Below, in pieces: positions 9,900 through 19,360 of a stretch of DNA of 64,000 nt. The stretch lies in assembly GCA_963716725.1 (NCBI GenBank), contig CAVQUB010000030.1, positions 32,001 to 96,000 on the forward strand, written 5' to 3'. A program made the translations under genes and the position numbers. A model generated the notes under the pieces. The model ran no database searches. It was not told the DNA's origin and was given only the letters and a program-made list of their open reading frames with translations. Source of the stretch: an uncultured delta proteobacterium. GTDB lineage: Bacteria > Myxococcota_A > Polyangia > Polyangiales > Polyangiaceae. Each line of letters begins with the position of its first letter. Position 1 is the first letter of the stretch.

Positions 9900-10754
9900 T
9901 CATTCACCAGGTGGCTTGGCGAACTGGCTCGGGAAGGGATCCGCGCCGTGGCGCTTGTCCACTTCTTGTTGGTTCCAGGGGAAGCTCGCGCCGCGCTCTT
10001 CGAACAGTGCGACGCCGATCACGCCCACGTTGCGATCTTCGCCCTTCTTGCCCGCGTACGACTCGCTCACGCGGCCGAACCGGAATGCAGCCACGGTGTC
10101 CGTGCTGCGGCGCCAGCCGTCGATATCGACGGTGGAAAATCCGTTGACGATATAGCCGCGGTTCGAGAACGAGCCCGAGCGGCCGCTGATCACGTCGAGC
10201 CCGTCGACCGTCGTCACGGCTTCGAAGCGGACGCCGGTGTTGTTCTTGATCTGGATGATGTATCGCCCGCCGTGGTCGCCCACGACGTAGGTATTTCCGC
10301 TGGACGTGAAGCCTTCGAGCGGGCGACCGCCGCCGTCCAGGAGTCGCACGGTCAGGGCGCCACGAGTCGAGCGACCCGAGCTGTCACGGAAGTCGCTGAC
10401 GCCGGCCCGACGAGCCATGGCGCGAACGCCTTCGGAGTCGTTGTAGAACATCTTCACGACGTCGAAGGGTTGCTCGGGCCGTTCACGGAAGAAGGTTCCG
10501 GTCGACACGCGGCTCTCGCGGTTCTCACCCCACTCCGTGCCGAGGCCGGGGCGCTCGCTCTTGGCGCTGTCGGCCGCCATCGGCTCGGCCTCGGAGGCCG
10601 GTGCGCCCGGTTGTGCCGCCCGGGACTCGCCATATCCCGCCGATGCGGACTCGGGCGCGCTGGCCGGGGCGTATCCGCCCCGCGAGCCGCCACCCGCGCA
10701 ACCGACTGCCATCAGCCCAACCGCAAATACGCCCAGAATCGTTGACTTTCGCAT
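9900..10754 (-). CDS. conserved hypothetical lipoprotein
   Basis: MRKSTILGVFAVGLMAVGC lipobox; GLGTEWGE, VDGLDVISG, NVGVIGVALFEE; GGGAG SD. Confidence 0.8.
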   Translation of the reverse strand: MRKSTILGVFAVGLMAVGCAGGGSRGGYAPASAPESASAGYGESRAAQPGAPASEAEPMAADSAKSERPGLGTEWGENRESRVSTGTFFRERPEQPFDVVKMFYNDSEGVRAMARRAGVSDFRDSSGRSTRGALTVRLLDGGGRPLEGFTSSGNTYVVGDHGGRYIIQIKNNTGVRFEAVTTVDGLDVISGRSGSFSNRGYIVNGFSTVDIDGWRRSTDTVAAFRFGRVSESYAGKKGEDRNVGVIGVALFEERGASFPWNQQEVDKRHGADPFPSQFAKPPGE

Positions 10755-10862
10755 GACTTGCTCCCGCTTTCGCAACCGACGCTCGAAGAACGCGACGCCC
10801 CCAGATGGGCTTACACCTCTCGGCCGCACCGCGAAAGAGTCGCTGAGGGACACTCAGGGGAC

Positions 10863-11297
10863 ATGCGGCAGAGCGCCATCGTGGCCATCGGCGGCTTCGT
10901 CCCAGTGGGGTGCCTGAACATTGCGGAGGTCGACTCCGCGCAGGACCCCGACGGAGGTGGGAGCGGCGGGACGGGGGTGGCCGACGCGTCCTGGGACACC
11001 AGCGCGACCGGTGGCATTGGCGGCGGAGCCGCCGGGAGCGGGGGATTCGTGGCGGCTGCCTGCACCAGCTGCGGCGCCGGCGGCTGCGAGTGTGTTCCAG
11101 AGGTGGGTCACGGTCGTCCCACGTTCGGATCGCCGAGGGCAAGCTCTCCAAGTGCTCCGGCTGCAAGGCTCGTTGGGGTAAGGCGCCCGGTCGCGTTGGA
11201 CCGCAAGACGCGCATCGCCATGTGTGTGCGGAGCACACATCGTGAGACTCATCTGCCAGAACTTCGAGTTGCGCGAGCACCTCGCGACTTGATGTGA
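10863..11297 (+). pseudogene. probable truncated Gly/Cys-rich lipoprotein (N-terminal remnant)
   Basis: MRQSAIVAIGGFVPVGC, Gly-rich linker and CTSC..GCECVP, after which (~11105) the frame turns Arg-rich and non-protein-like. Confidence 0.45.
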
Positions 11298-11343
11298 CCG
11301 CGACGGACGTGATGCTATCGGGTTTCACGCGGGGAGGTAACAC

Positions 11344-14300
11344 ATGCGACTGAATCGAGTGGCCGCCTTGGCACTTATCGTGCAGGGGGGGGCCTTGGCG
11401 TGTTCTGGCGAGACTTCAACTGAAGCGCTGAGTACGAATCGTTCGGAGGTGTTTCAAGCGGCAGGCGGCGCGAACAACGGCAACTTCGGCGGACCTTGGG
11501 TGTTCAACACCATGGCTGCGACGAATCTACCGGCGGCACCCGTGGGGATGCTCGGCGGCTTGAAAACGTGTTCCGCCACCGCGATCGAACGCGACGTGAT
11601 TCTCACCGCGGCGCATTGTTTCTGTCCCTTTGACAACAATGCTTTGGACGCGACGAAGTACACATTCCAGTTGCCCACCATGGCAGCGCCGGTGGCCGGC
11701 GTAGGAACCGCTGGCTACAAGATCTTTGACAAGGACAACTGCGACGGAGGCGCGAGCCTAGCCACAGACGGAAACGCCGACTTGGCGATCATGAAGCTCT
11801 CGCGCAACCTGACGTTCGCGGAGCTGCCTCAGGTGATGCCTGTCTACACCTTCAGCGATCTTGAAGACCGCTTGTTTAACGCGAAGACCTTGTCGCAGCA
11901 CGGCCCGCTCCAGATGACGGGCTGGGGAGTCCCGAACAGCGTAGCGAGCAGCATCCGGGCGACCGGCTTCATGAGTGCAAGCAACGAAGTAACCTTCACA
12001 GATTTTTGCAACATCTTCGGCAATAACTGCGACCCCAGATACATTCACGCGAAGAACATCGTTTCCTCTGGCGTGAATACGATAAGCGGCGATTCAGGCG
12101 GCCCGCTCACGATCAGACTGGCCGGCGAGCCCAACGAGGCGGTGATTGCTACCTACAAGGGAAGGTACACTGGCTTCACGGGCGCGATCATTCCCGACGA
12201 ATGGCAGCTTTATTCGCCGACCTGGGACAACGGCGGCGGCAATGGCGCGTTTATTCGGCTGCACCTGAATGATGCGGACGGGGACGGTTTCGCGGAGAAC
12301 CAGGACAACTGCCCCGCAACGCAATGCGAGGTGCTGTCGCAGTGCAACAACCCCACCCAGCTGGACACAGATGGTGACGGTTTCGGTGACGCCTGTGACA
12401 ACTGCCCGCTCATTCAGAATGCTGCGCAGGGAGATTTCGACAAAGACGGTGTGGGCGACGCCTGCGATCCGTGTCCGGAAATTGGAGGCGTCGGCTCCGG
12501 CGGAGACGACGATGGCGACGGCGCGCCGAACAGCTGCGATAATTGTCGCAAGGTGGCCAATCCGCCGCTGCCGTGCGGCGCCAGCGGCAACTGTGAGGGC
12601 AATCCGAAGTCCCAATGCCTGGTGGATCTGAACCGCTGCAGTGGCCAGCCGGACGGCGATGGAGACGGCATCGGCAGCGCCTGCGACATCTGCGCGGGCC
12701 TCAAGCAACTTGGGCTTCAGGCCAACTCAAACTCCGTAGCGGAGATGAGAGAGCTTCAGGCCGAACTTGGTGACTTTTGCGAACCCGTGCCCCAGTTCAT
12801 TGCGAGGCAGGTGCGGAAGACTCTGCAGTCGCCTCCCGACCCGCCCGACCCGAATGCGCAGGAAGGTGTGGGCAACACGATTACGCTGGACGCCACCGCC
12901 ACTTTCGGCCGTGTGTCCAGTCCTGGCGTGCCGGCCGGCGTGGCGGCTGCGCCGAGAAGCGGAAAGGTGGGTTTCCGCTTCTGCGATTGTTTCGATGTCG
13001 GAAGCGGCACTTTCCGCGACAAACAATCTTGTCTTGACTCGGGCCTTTGCACGCCCGATCCGTTTCAGTTCGATCTGCCGGCATCGCTATGGAAACCGAT
13101 CACGGTTGCTAGCACCTACCCAGGATGGAATAAGTTCGGTCCGGTTCCGTCCACTCCGGCGGCCCGCGGCGCGGTGTTCGGGCGGAGCAATGCGTTCACG
13201 GGCGACCTGGTCGTGAACAACGAGGTCAGCTACGCCAATCCGGACGAGGCCGAATCAGGTCGCATCGGGCGCAGGGAGATGCTCGCCTGGAGATTCGCCA
13301 AGGACCTAGTCTCGTCGGGCCTGGGTGGCGCGGTGCAGGGACATGTCCTCGCTGGCGTTCAATTCGAGCAGGTCGCGGGGATCTTCTGGAGCCGAGTGTC
13401 GTCGGCGAACTACGAATCGAGCCGGGACGCAACCACCTTTGGCAGATTGCGGCACACTCACACCTACGCGCGCAGCAACGCTTGGACGTTGGCCTTTCCA
13501 GCCGCGGTCGAGCCGCCGGAGTGCGCCCCACCGTGCGGGCTGTTTTTCGATCCGGGTATCGCCGGCTGGCTCGTGCAGCCCAGCATCGACTTCACAACCC
13601 GGCGCGGCTTGGCTGAGCTCTTGCCGCAGCCCGGGTGGTTACTCCCGGGTGCTGCTGGTAGCGTGGTGGCCATCGGTGGCGGCCTCGGCGCGGGCTTGGA
13701 TGTCTCGGGGCTGCTAACACCCACCCTGCGCCAGCTCTTGGCGGCCGGCACGACCCGCTGGGTGGCGCCGGTAGAGACGGGCGCCAGTCTGCGCCAACTG
13801 GGCATCACGACTCAGGCGGTGCTGCTGCCCGCAAACTGGACGCAGGACAGCGTGATTGCCGAAGTTGTCTCCACGCCGGACGGCGCACTGTCCCTGCCAT
13901 CCGCGCCGCCCAGTGTACAGTGCGGCGCCGGGCGGGTGCTGGCGCAATGCTCCGGCGGCTTGCGCTGCGTGATTCCCTGCGACGGCGTCGTTGGGAATTC
14001 GCCAGGCAACGACGATTTGCCTGATCCCGGTTGTGTACTGGTGGCGGGCACCGACTACAACGATGAATCGCCCTTTGTCTGCGAAAGCAATTCCGGGTTT
14101 TGCATGCCAGGTGAAGTGGCGTGTGCCAGCGCCTGTTTCACACCGTGCGACGGCTCCGTGGGCTGCACCCTCAACGGTCGTTTTGGCGACGAAAATCCCT
14201 CGCTGTGCGGAGCGGAGGCGCCCGGCATGGCCGGAGTGCTGCTACAAGCGGCCTTCAGCGAGCCAGTGTTACAACAAGAAGCGACCTCTGAGTTTGTGCC

Positions 14301-14976
14301 GGGAGATCGCGTCGGGGACTCTGCAGTGTTCTCCGCCACAGAAAACAGCGTATTCCTGATTTCTGGCAAGCGCGGGTCTACACACACCAGCGAAGTTTGG
14401 AGTTACAACCTTGCCGCGCGCAGCTGGCAGCACCTGTTCCGAGGTGCGTCGGTGCATCCGCGGCGGGTGCTGGCCGCGACCTATGACTACAGCGCGAGGC
14501 AGCTCCTCGTTCTGGATGAAGTGCAGGTGGAGGACATTTTCATATCCAGTCAAGACGATGCCTACGGCAACGGAAAGGCGAAAAAGAAGACCAAGCTTCC
14601 GCCCGGATTGAATGCCCTGACCAAGCTGCGCCGGGCGCGCCTGATCCGCTACGATCTTGCCACAGGCGCCTCAAGTGTGGTGGCAACCTGGCCGCGCCAC
14701 AAGATCACTGATCGCTTTGCGATGTCGGTGTTGCCCGACGGATCATTCGTCCTGTTCGCAAGTGGGAAGAAGCTTCCCATCACGTTTGCGCTCAAAGGGC
14801 GTGTGACGGACAAGCTTCAGTGGCAGGGCGTGCGCATTCTGCACGGTCGGTTCTTCCTGGAGCCTTCCGCAACAGAGCAAGGCGTCGCCGTGGCGCTCAG
14901 ACGCAACAACCACAACGAGTTCGCGTTGCTCGCGTCTGATGACTTTCACGGGGGAGCCCCGCCCGGAGAGATGTAG
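11344..14976 (+). CDS. large secreted/lipoprotein: trypsin-like (S1) serine protease + thrombospondin type-3 repeats + Cys-rich region + beta-propeller-like C-terminus
   Basis: GGAGG SD; LALIVQGGALAC; triad motifs LTAAHC, ADLAI, GDSGGP; five D.DGDG...C..C repeats; EVWSYNLAARSWQ kelch-like strand. Confidence 0.85.
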   Translation: MRLNRVAALALIVQGGALACSGETSTEALSTNRSEVFQAAGGANNGNFGGPWVFNTMAATNLPAAPVGMLGGLKTCSATAIERDVILTAAHCFCPFDNNALDATKYTFQLPTMAAPVAGVGTAGYKIFDKDNCDGGASLATDGNADLAIMKLSRNLTFAELPQVMPVYTFSDLEDRLFNAKTLSQHGPLQMTGWGVPNSVASSIRATGFMSASNEVTFTDFCNIFGNNCDPRYIHAKNIVSSGVNTISGDSGGPLTIRLAGEPNEAVIATYKGRYTGFTGAIIPDEWQLYSPTWDNGGGNGAFIRLHLNDADGDGFAENQDNCPATQCEVLSQCNNPTQLDTDGDGFGDACDNCPLIQNAAQGDFDKDGVGDACDPCPEIGGVGSGGDDDGDGAPNSCDNCRKVANPPLPCGASGNCEGNPKSQCLVDLNRCSGQPDGDGDGIGSACDICAGLKQLGLQANSNSVAEMRELQAELGDFCEPVPQFIARQVRKTLQSPPDPPDPNAQEGVGNTITLDATATFGRVSSPGVPAGVAAAPRSGKVGFRFCDCFDVGSGTFRDKQSCLDSGLCTPDPFQFDLPASLWKPITVASTYPGWNKFGPVPSTPAARGAVFGRSNAFTGDLVVNNEVSYANPDEAESGRIGRREMLAWRFAKDLVSSGLGGAVQGHVLAGVQFEQVAGIFWSRVSSANYESSRDATTFGRLRHTHTYARSNAWTLAFPAAVEPPECAPPCGLFFDPGIAGWLVQPSIDFTTRRGLAELLPQPGWLLPGAAGSVVAIGGGLGAGLDVSGLLTPTLRQLLAAGTTRWVAPVETGASLRQLGITTQAVLLPANWTQDSVIAEVVSTPDGALSLPSAPPSVQCGAGRVLAQCSGGLRCVIPCDGVVGNSPGNDDLPDPGCVLVAGTDYNDESPFVCESNSGFCMPGEVACASACFTPCDGSVGCTLNGRFGDENPSLCGAEAPGMAGVLLQAAFSEPVLQQEATSEFVPGDRVGDSAVFSATENSVFLISGKRGSTHTSEVWSYNLAARSWQHLFRGASVHPRRVLAATYDYSARQLLVLDEVQVEDIFISSQDDAYGNGKAKKKTKLPPGLNALTKLRRARLIRYDLATGASSVVATWPRHKITDRFAMSVLPDGSFVLFASGKKLPITFALKGRVTDKLQWQGVRILHGRFFLEPSATEQGVAVALRRNNHNEFALLASDDFHGGAPPGEM

Positions 14977-16379
14977 TGAGTGCTCGGCGCGCCAGGGCGC
15001 GTCTCGTCGCGCTGGCGCTCGTTGGCAGCGCAACGGGCGCAGCTTGCTCTTGTGATGACAAGTCCGACCGAGCACGGGCGGACGCGAATGCCTCCGAGTC
15101 CGGTGCTGGCGACTCGGCTCCGGACGGGGTGGCAAAGGACGGTGCGGGCACGGACGCGGCGGACGTGCACGACGGGTTCGCACCGATTGACGCGCCTTAC
15201 GACGTGGATCTGCCCGGCTTCGATTGGCTGGGTGATCCTGCTTGGAAACCGGTATCCACACTGCCGGGCTGCGATGTGCGCGTGGCGGACGGAGGCGTGC
15301 TTCCGCCGTGGCCAGGTTTCTTGTGGAAATCCTGCGGGCCGGGGTGCGAGCACGCGGACGTGGTCGCTGGTCCGGAGGCAATCTTCAAGGGCGCACAGCG
15401 TTTCGGCTCGCGCAGTGTGCTGGTGGGCGGCGAACCCATTCTCACGCTCGCGGCTGCGGTGCGGCAAACCAACCAGCCCGGTGTTGCCTGGGGCATGACC
15501 ATCCATGGCCGCACCGAGTTGCCCATCGCGTTCCTAGGCGAGTTTAGCGCTACCTGTTTGGGCTCTTTCCCTGGACTCTCCACGAATGCCTTTGCGCTGC
15601 GCGTCAACGGAGCCGGCGCAACCGTATTGGTTGGGCATGTTCCTGTCCAACCGGGTGGCACTGTCGTGTGGGCTAGTCCAGTGTTGACGAACAGCAACGG
15701 CGCGTTCCTCGCACGCCCCGCAGGCTGGATGGAGTTGCGCGCTGAGGCTTTGCTTCGAGAATCTCCCGCACTGACGTCCACCGCGTTCACGACCGTGCAC
15801 ACAATCCCGGGCGGAGCCTACCGCGCACTGCCTGTCGGCGAGACGGTCGCATGGGTTGAGTTTGGCAGCCGCATCACCATCGGCGGCTGGTCCGCGAAGC
15901 GTGGTGGGCGCACGCTCGTGCAGGACCCGGCCTATCACGCGGCTCACTTCGCCGCGGGCTCGAACTGGCTGGCCTGGGTCGGCGTCACTGGCAGCCAGGC
16001 GGATCAGGGTTCCTATGACACCGCGCGCCTGTACTGGGCGGCGTTCAATTCAGATCCCGAAAATGTGACCGCGGAACACAGCATTTCCTTGCCCGTGGCC
16101 AACTCCGTAGAACCCATCGTCGGAGGCGGGAACTACGTCGCGATGCAGGCCGGCACCGCGCCATTGCCGTCCCGGATGATCGTGGTCAACGTCACGGACA
16201 AGTCGGCGTGGAGCATTGACGGCAGCCTGGACGGTTACGCTACGCCACTCGCCGTTTTTGACGACACGCTCTTGGTCATGCGGGCCACGCCGGGCCTGCT
16301 GCAGCCCGCTCAATACTACGACGACCTTATTCGTTACGATTTGAAGCAACTCTCGTCTTTCGCGAAAAAACTGCCATGA
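14976..16379 (+). CDS. lipoprotein, beta-rich, partner of the upstream protease gene
   Basis: GTG overlaps upstream TAG; Arg-rich n-region, hydrophobic core, AACSC; Asp/Ala/Gly linker; WKSCGPGC motif. Confidence 0.75.
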   Translation: MSARRARARLVALALVGSATGAACSCDDKSDRARADANASESGAGDSAPDGVAKDGAGTDAADVHDGFAPIDAPYDVDLPGFDWLGDPAWKPVSTLPGCDVRVADGGVLPPWPGFLWKSCGPGCEHADVVAGPEAIFKGAQRFGSRSVLVGGEPILTLAAAVRQTNQPGVAWGMTIHGRTELPIAFLGEFSATCLGSFPGLSTNAFALRVNGAGATVLVGHVPVQPGGTVVWASPVLTNSNGAFLARPAGWMELRAEALLRESPALTSTAFTTVHTIPGGAYRALPVGETVAWVEFGSRITIGGWSAKRGGRTLVQDPAYHAAHFAAGSNWLAWVGVTGSQADQGSYDTARLYWAAFNSDPENVTAEHSISLPVANSVEPIVGGGNYVAMQAGTAPLPSRMIVVNVTDKSAWSIDGSLDGYATPLAVFDDTLLVMRATPGLLQPAQYYDDLIRYDLKQLSSFAKKLP

Positions 16380-16696
16380 AGCTGCGGCAGGTCGCGATCG
16401 TGCTCGCTGTCGTGCGCGGGTCAATTTCGTGTGGCGGTTGTGACGACACAGGAAAGAGCACGAGGCTGATCGTCTTGGACGCGGACAACCTCGATCCGGT
16501 CTGTGCTCTTATTGAGTCGCCCTTTCCTGCCCAGGCCTGTGCCAGTGTCTGGCACATCAACATCGGAAGCTCCAGCAATGAGGTGATGGTGACCGCAGAC
16601 GGGTATCAGGCACGCTCAGTCGTTGTCAGCCCGGTGCGCTTCACATCTTGCGGCGAATCGGGCGGCTGCAACCTCGTCTTCATGGTCAAGCAATGA
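16376..16696 (+). CDS. small Cys-containing lipoprotein (paralog 1)
   Basis: ATGA overlap with upstream gene; signal-like N-terminus ending SCGGC; Cys pattern shared with the next ORF. Confidence 0.6.
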   Translation: MKLRQVAIVLAVVRGSISCGGCDDTGKSTRLIVLDADNLDPVCALIESPFPAQACASVWHINIGSSSNEVMVTADGYQARSVVVSPVRFTSCGESGGCNLVFMVKQ

Positions 16697-17046
16697 CGCG
16701 ATTTGTCACTCGTACTTTGCTGTTCATAGCCCTCGTCGGAGCGTGTTCTTGCGACAACGAAACGGCGTGTCGTACGAGCCGAGTACTCATGGTAGTAGGT
16801 GAACAAGACGTACCCGTCTGCGATGCAACCGTGCGCCGCGAGTCACCAGGACCGCCGGTGGTGTTGGACACAACCGCAACGTGCAAGGCGGTCTACGAAA
16901 TCGCCGTCGATGGAGACGTGGCTATAGAAGTCTCCGCGCCCGGCCGTGCGACGCAGCGCGCGACTCTCGCCCCAGCCGTCGCCACGGATGACCGCCCATG
17001 TCGTTCGCAAGCATGCGCGATTGTGATCCTGGAACGTACGCCGTAG
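16693..17046 (+). CDS. small Cys-containing lipoprotein (paralog 2)
   Basis: ATGA overlap; MTRFVTRTLLFIALVGAC lipobox. Confidence 0.65.
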   Translation: MTRFVTRTLLFIALVGACSCDNETACRTSRVLMVVGEQDVPVCDATVRRESPGPPVVLDTTATCKAVYEIAVDGDVAIEVSAPGRATQRATLAPAVATDDRPCRSQACAIVILERTP

Positions 17047-17077
17047 CCGGGACCCGCTCTCGGTTGTAGTGGGCGAG

Positions 17078-17437
17078 TAGGAGGTCCATCAGCTTCTTGT
17101 CCATGACGAAGTAGAGTCCGACCGGATCGGCGCGCGTTTCTTCCAGCGCCGAACCGTAGTTCTTCAGCGCCTCGCCCGAGACACCCGCTTCCCACTGCCC
17201 CGAGGCGTGCCCGATCAGTTCGTGCATGTCCACCTTGAGGTTCTGCCCCTCGGTGCCGTGTTCATCGGCCAGTTGGACCTCCTCCGGGGAGAACGCGAAC
17301 TCGTTGAGCACGCCGCTGTCTTTCGACGCCTCGTCGTAGGCGTCCACGATGTTGTCCACGGACTCGTGGGTCGCGCGGTAGCCCAGCGGGTCTTCGTAGG
17401 TCTCGATGAAGCCATTGACCACGTCGATGCGCGACGC
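17078..17437 (-). pseudogene. dipeptidyl-peptidase III (M49) internal remnant
   Basis: SRIDVVNGFIETYEDPLG...HELIGHASG...LKNYGSALEETRAD; both M49 zinc motifs in only ~120 codons, N- and C-terminal parts missing. Confidence 0.8.
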
Positions 17438-17453
17438 GCGCGGCCCGAGGTGC

Positions 17454-18302
17454 TCACCGAGCAGGCGCGTGATCTGAGTCCACGATCCGCCCGGCGCCCG
17501 CGTAGACGTTGAAGTTCGGCCCGCGCGAAAAGCCGATCAGGGTGAGCCCCGCGCGCGTCGCGGTGGCCACCGCCATGGAGGTCGGCGCCGAGACGGAAAC
17601 GAGCGCAGCGAAGCCCGCCACGACCGCCTTTTGAACGATCTCGAAGCTGGTGCGCCCGGAGACGACCAGGATCTTGCCTTGGGCGGGCAGCGCGTCGTCG
17701 AGGATCAGGCGTCCGACGGCTTTGTCGACGGCGTTGTGCCGACCCACGTCTTCGCGGACCAGCAGCCACTTGCCTTGCGCGTCGGCGACGCCCGCGGCGT
17801 GCAGCGCGCCGGTTCGAGCAAATACCGGCTGTTCCGCTGCGAGCCGAGTCGTGAGCGCGGCGAGCATTGTCCGCGCGAGTTCCGTACTGTCGTCGATGGG
17901 GGTGACGCGGTCCATCAGATCGTCGATGCTACGTCGCCCACACACCCCACAGCTCGCGTTGGTGAGCGTACCGCGCCTCGCGAGCTCGAAACGCTCTCCG
18001 TCCAGCCGCGTGCCCGGCGCTGCGGTGACTTCGATGGTGTTGCCGAATCCTTCGTCGCCCGCACGACCGCAATGGGCCAGTCCACCGAGATCGTGCTTGC
18101 TCCGGATCAGGCCCTCGCCCAAGAGCAATCCCGCTGTCAGCTCGGCGTCTTGGCCAGGGGTGCGCATGGTGATGGCGAAGGTCTCACCCGCGATGCGGAT
18201 CTCGAGAGGCTCTTCCACCACCACGAAGTCGTCGGTGGGCTCGGACGCCCCGTCTGCTCGGTGGCGCACGGCACGGTGCTTCGCCACCGCCTTGTCGGTC
18301 AT
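17454..18302 (-). CDS. fdhD: formate dehydrogenase accessory sulfurtransferase
   Basis: EEPLEIR, TMRTPG, SCGVCG, FARTGALHAA, REDVGRHNAVDK, SGRTSFEIVQKA, SAPTS. Confidence 0.95.
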   Translation of the reverse strand: MTDKAVAKHRAVRHRADGASEPTDDFVVVEEPLEIRIAGETFAITMRTPGQDAELTAGLLLGEGLIRSKHDLGGLAHCGRAGDEGFGNTIEVTAAPGTRLDGERFELARRGTLTNASCGVCGRRSIDDLMDRVTPIDDSTELARTMLAALTTRLAAEQPVFARTGALHAAGVADAQGKWLLVREDVGRHNAVDKAVGRLILDDALPAQGKILVVSGRTSFEIVQKAVVAGFAALVSVSAPTSMAVATATRAGLTLIGFSRGPNFNVYAGAGRIVDSDHAPAR

Positions 18303-19360
18303 TGGGCCTCGATACGCTCGAGGAAGCGCGCGAGGATGCGCTGACCTTCGACCAAGCCCGAGATCAGCGTCCACTCGTTCTTCTGGTGGGCCTGAGCCTG
18401 GACGCCTGGGCCGAAATTCACCGCGGCCACCCCGAGGGCTGCAAAGCGCGCGACGTCGGTCCATGCCTGCTTTGGCTCCACCGAGTGGACTCCGCTCGCG
18501 GCGAGTGCCTCCGCGAGGGGGTGGTGTCGGTGCGGGTGAGCGGCGGGCGACAAATCGATGAACTCGACATCCGCTTCGCCGGCGACCAGCGCGAGCACCT
18601 CCGCTTGGACTTGATCCAGTCCGCGATCGGGTCCGAATCGGCGATTGAGGTTGAGCTCGAAGAGGTCCGGGATCACGTTGCGTCCGCGACCGCCGCTGGC
18701 CAGCGTTGCGCTGGTGACGTGGACCCACTCGAGCTCGTCCACGCGGACGCGCTCCGGCTCCAGGGCGTTCAGGCGAGAAAGCAACGCCGCGGCTTTCTGG
18801 ATCGCGTTCTCGCCCTGCCAAGGTCGCGCCGAGTGGGCCGTGCGACCGCGGAAAGACAGCTTGGCGTGCACGGAGCCGCCGCATCCCAGCTGCAGCTTGT
18901 TGTCGCTGGGCTCGAGGGCGATGGCGAAGTCCACGTGTGCGAGCTCGGGATCTTCTGCGAGCACCAGCCCGAGCTCGTTCTCGGCAAAGGGACCTTCCTC
19001 CCGCGCGTAGAAGACCAGAGTGAGGTCCACGCGGTGCCGTTCGGTGCGCTCGGCCAACTCGAGCATCAGCGCGAGCCCGCTCTTCATGTCCGCCGCCCCC
19101 GGACCGTAGAGGCGATCGCCCTCTATCCCCGGCGGGTGCTCGTGCTCGGTGCGCACGACGTCGAGATGCCCCAGCAGGGCCAGCTTCGGGCCGCCGCTGC
19201 CCCGCGTCAGTGGCACCACAATGGAGTCGCCGAAGCGGCGGATGGGCGCCGCCAGCGGCACTCCGGCGAGGCGAGCCACGACAGCGTCGCACAGCGCGCG
19301 CTCCTCCCCGATGAACGACGGGGTTTCACACAACCAGAGCAGCGTTTGGGCGAGCTGCAT
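18299..19360 (-). CDS. dapE: succinyl-diaminopimelate desuccinylase (M20)
   Basis: GHLDVV, GAADMKSG, REEG, AHSARPW, WTDVARF, AHQKNE; coupled to dapD. Confidence 0.92.
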   Translation of the reverse strand: MQLAQTLLWLCETPSFIGEERALCDAVVARLAGVPLAAPIRRFGDSIVVPLTRGSGGPKLALLGHLDVVRTEHEHPPGIEGDRLYGPGAADMKSGLALMLELAERTERHRVDLTLVFYAREEGPFAENELGLVLAEDPELAHVDFAIALEPSDNKLQLGCGGSVHAKLSFRGRTAHSARPWQGENAIQKAAALLSRLNALEPERVRVDELEWVHVTSATLASGGRGRNVIPDLFELNLNRRFGPDRGLDQVQAEVLALVAGEADVEFIDLSPAAHPHRHHPLAEALAASGVHSVEPKQAWTDVARFAALGVAAVNFGPGVQAQAHQKNEWTLISGLVEGQRILARFLERIEAQ

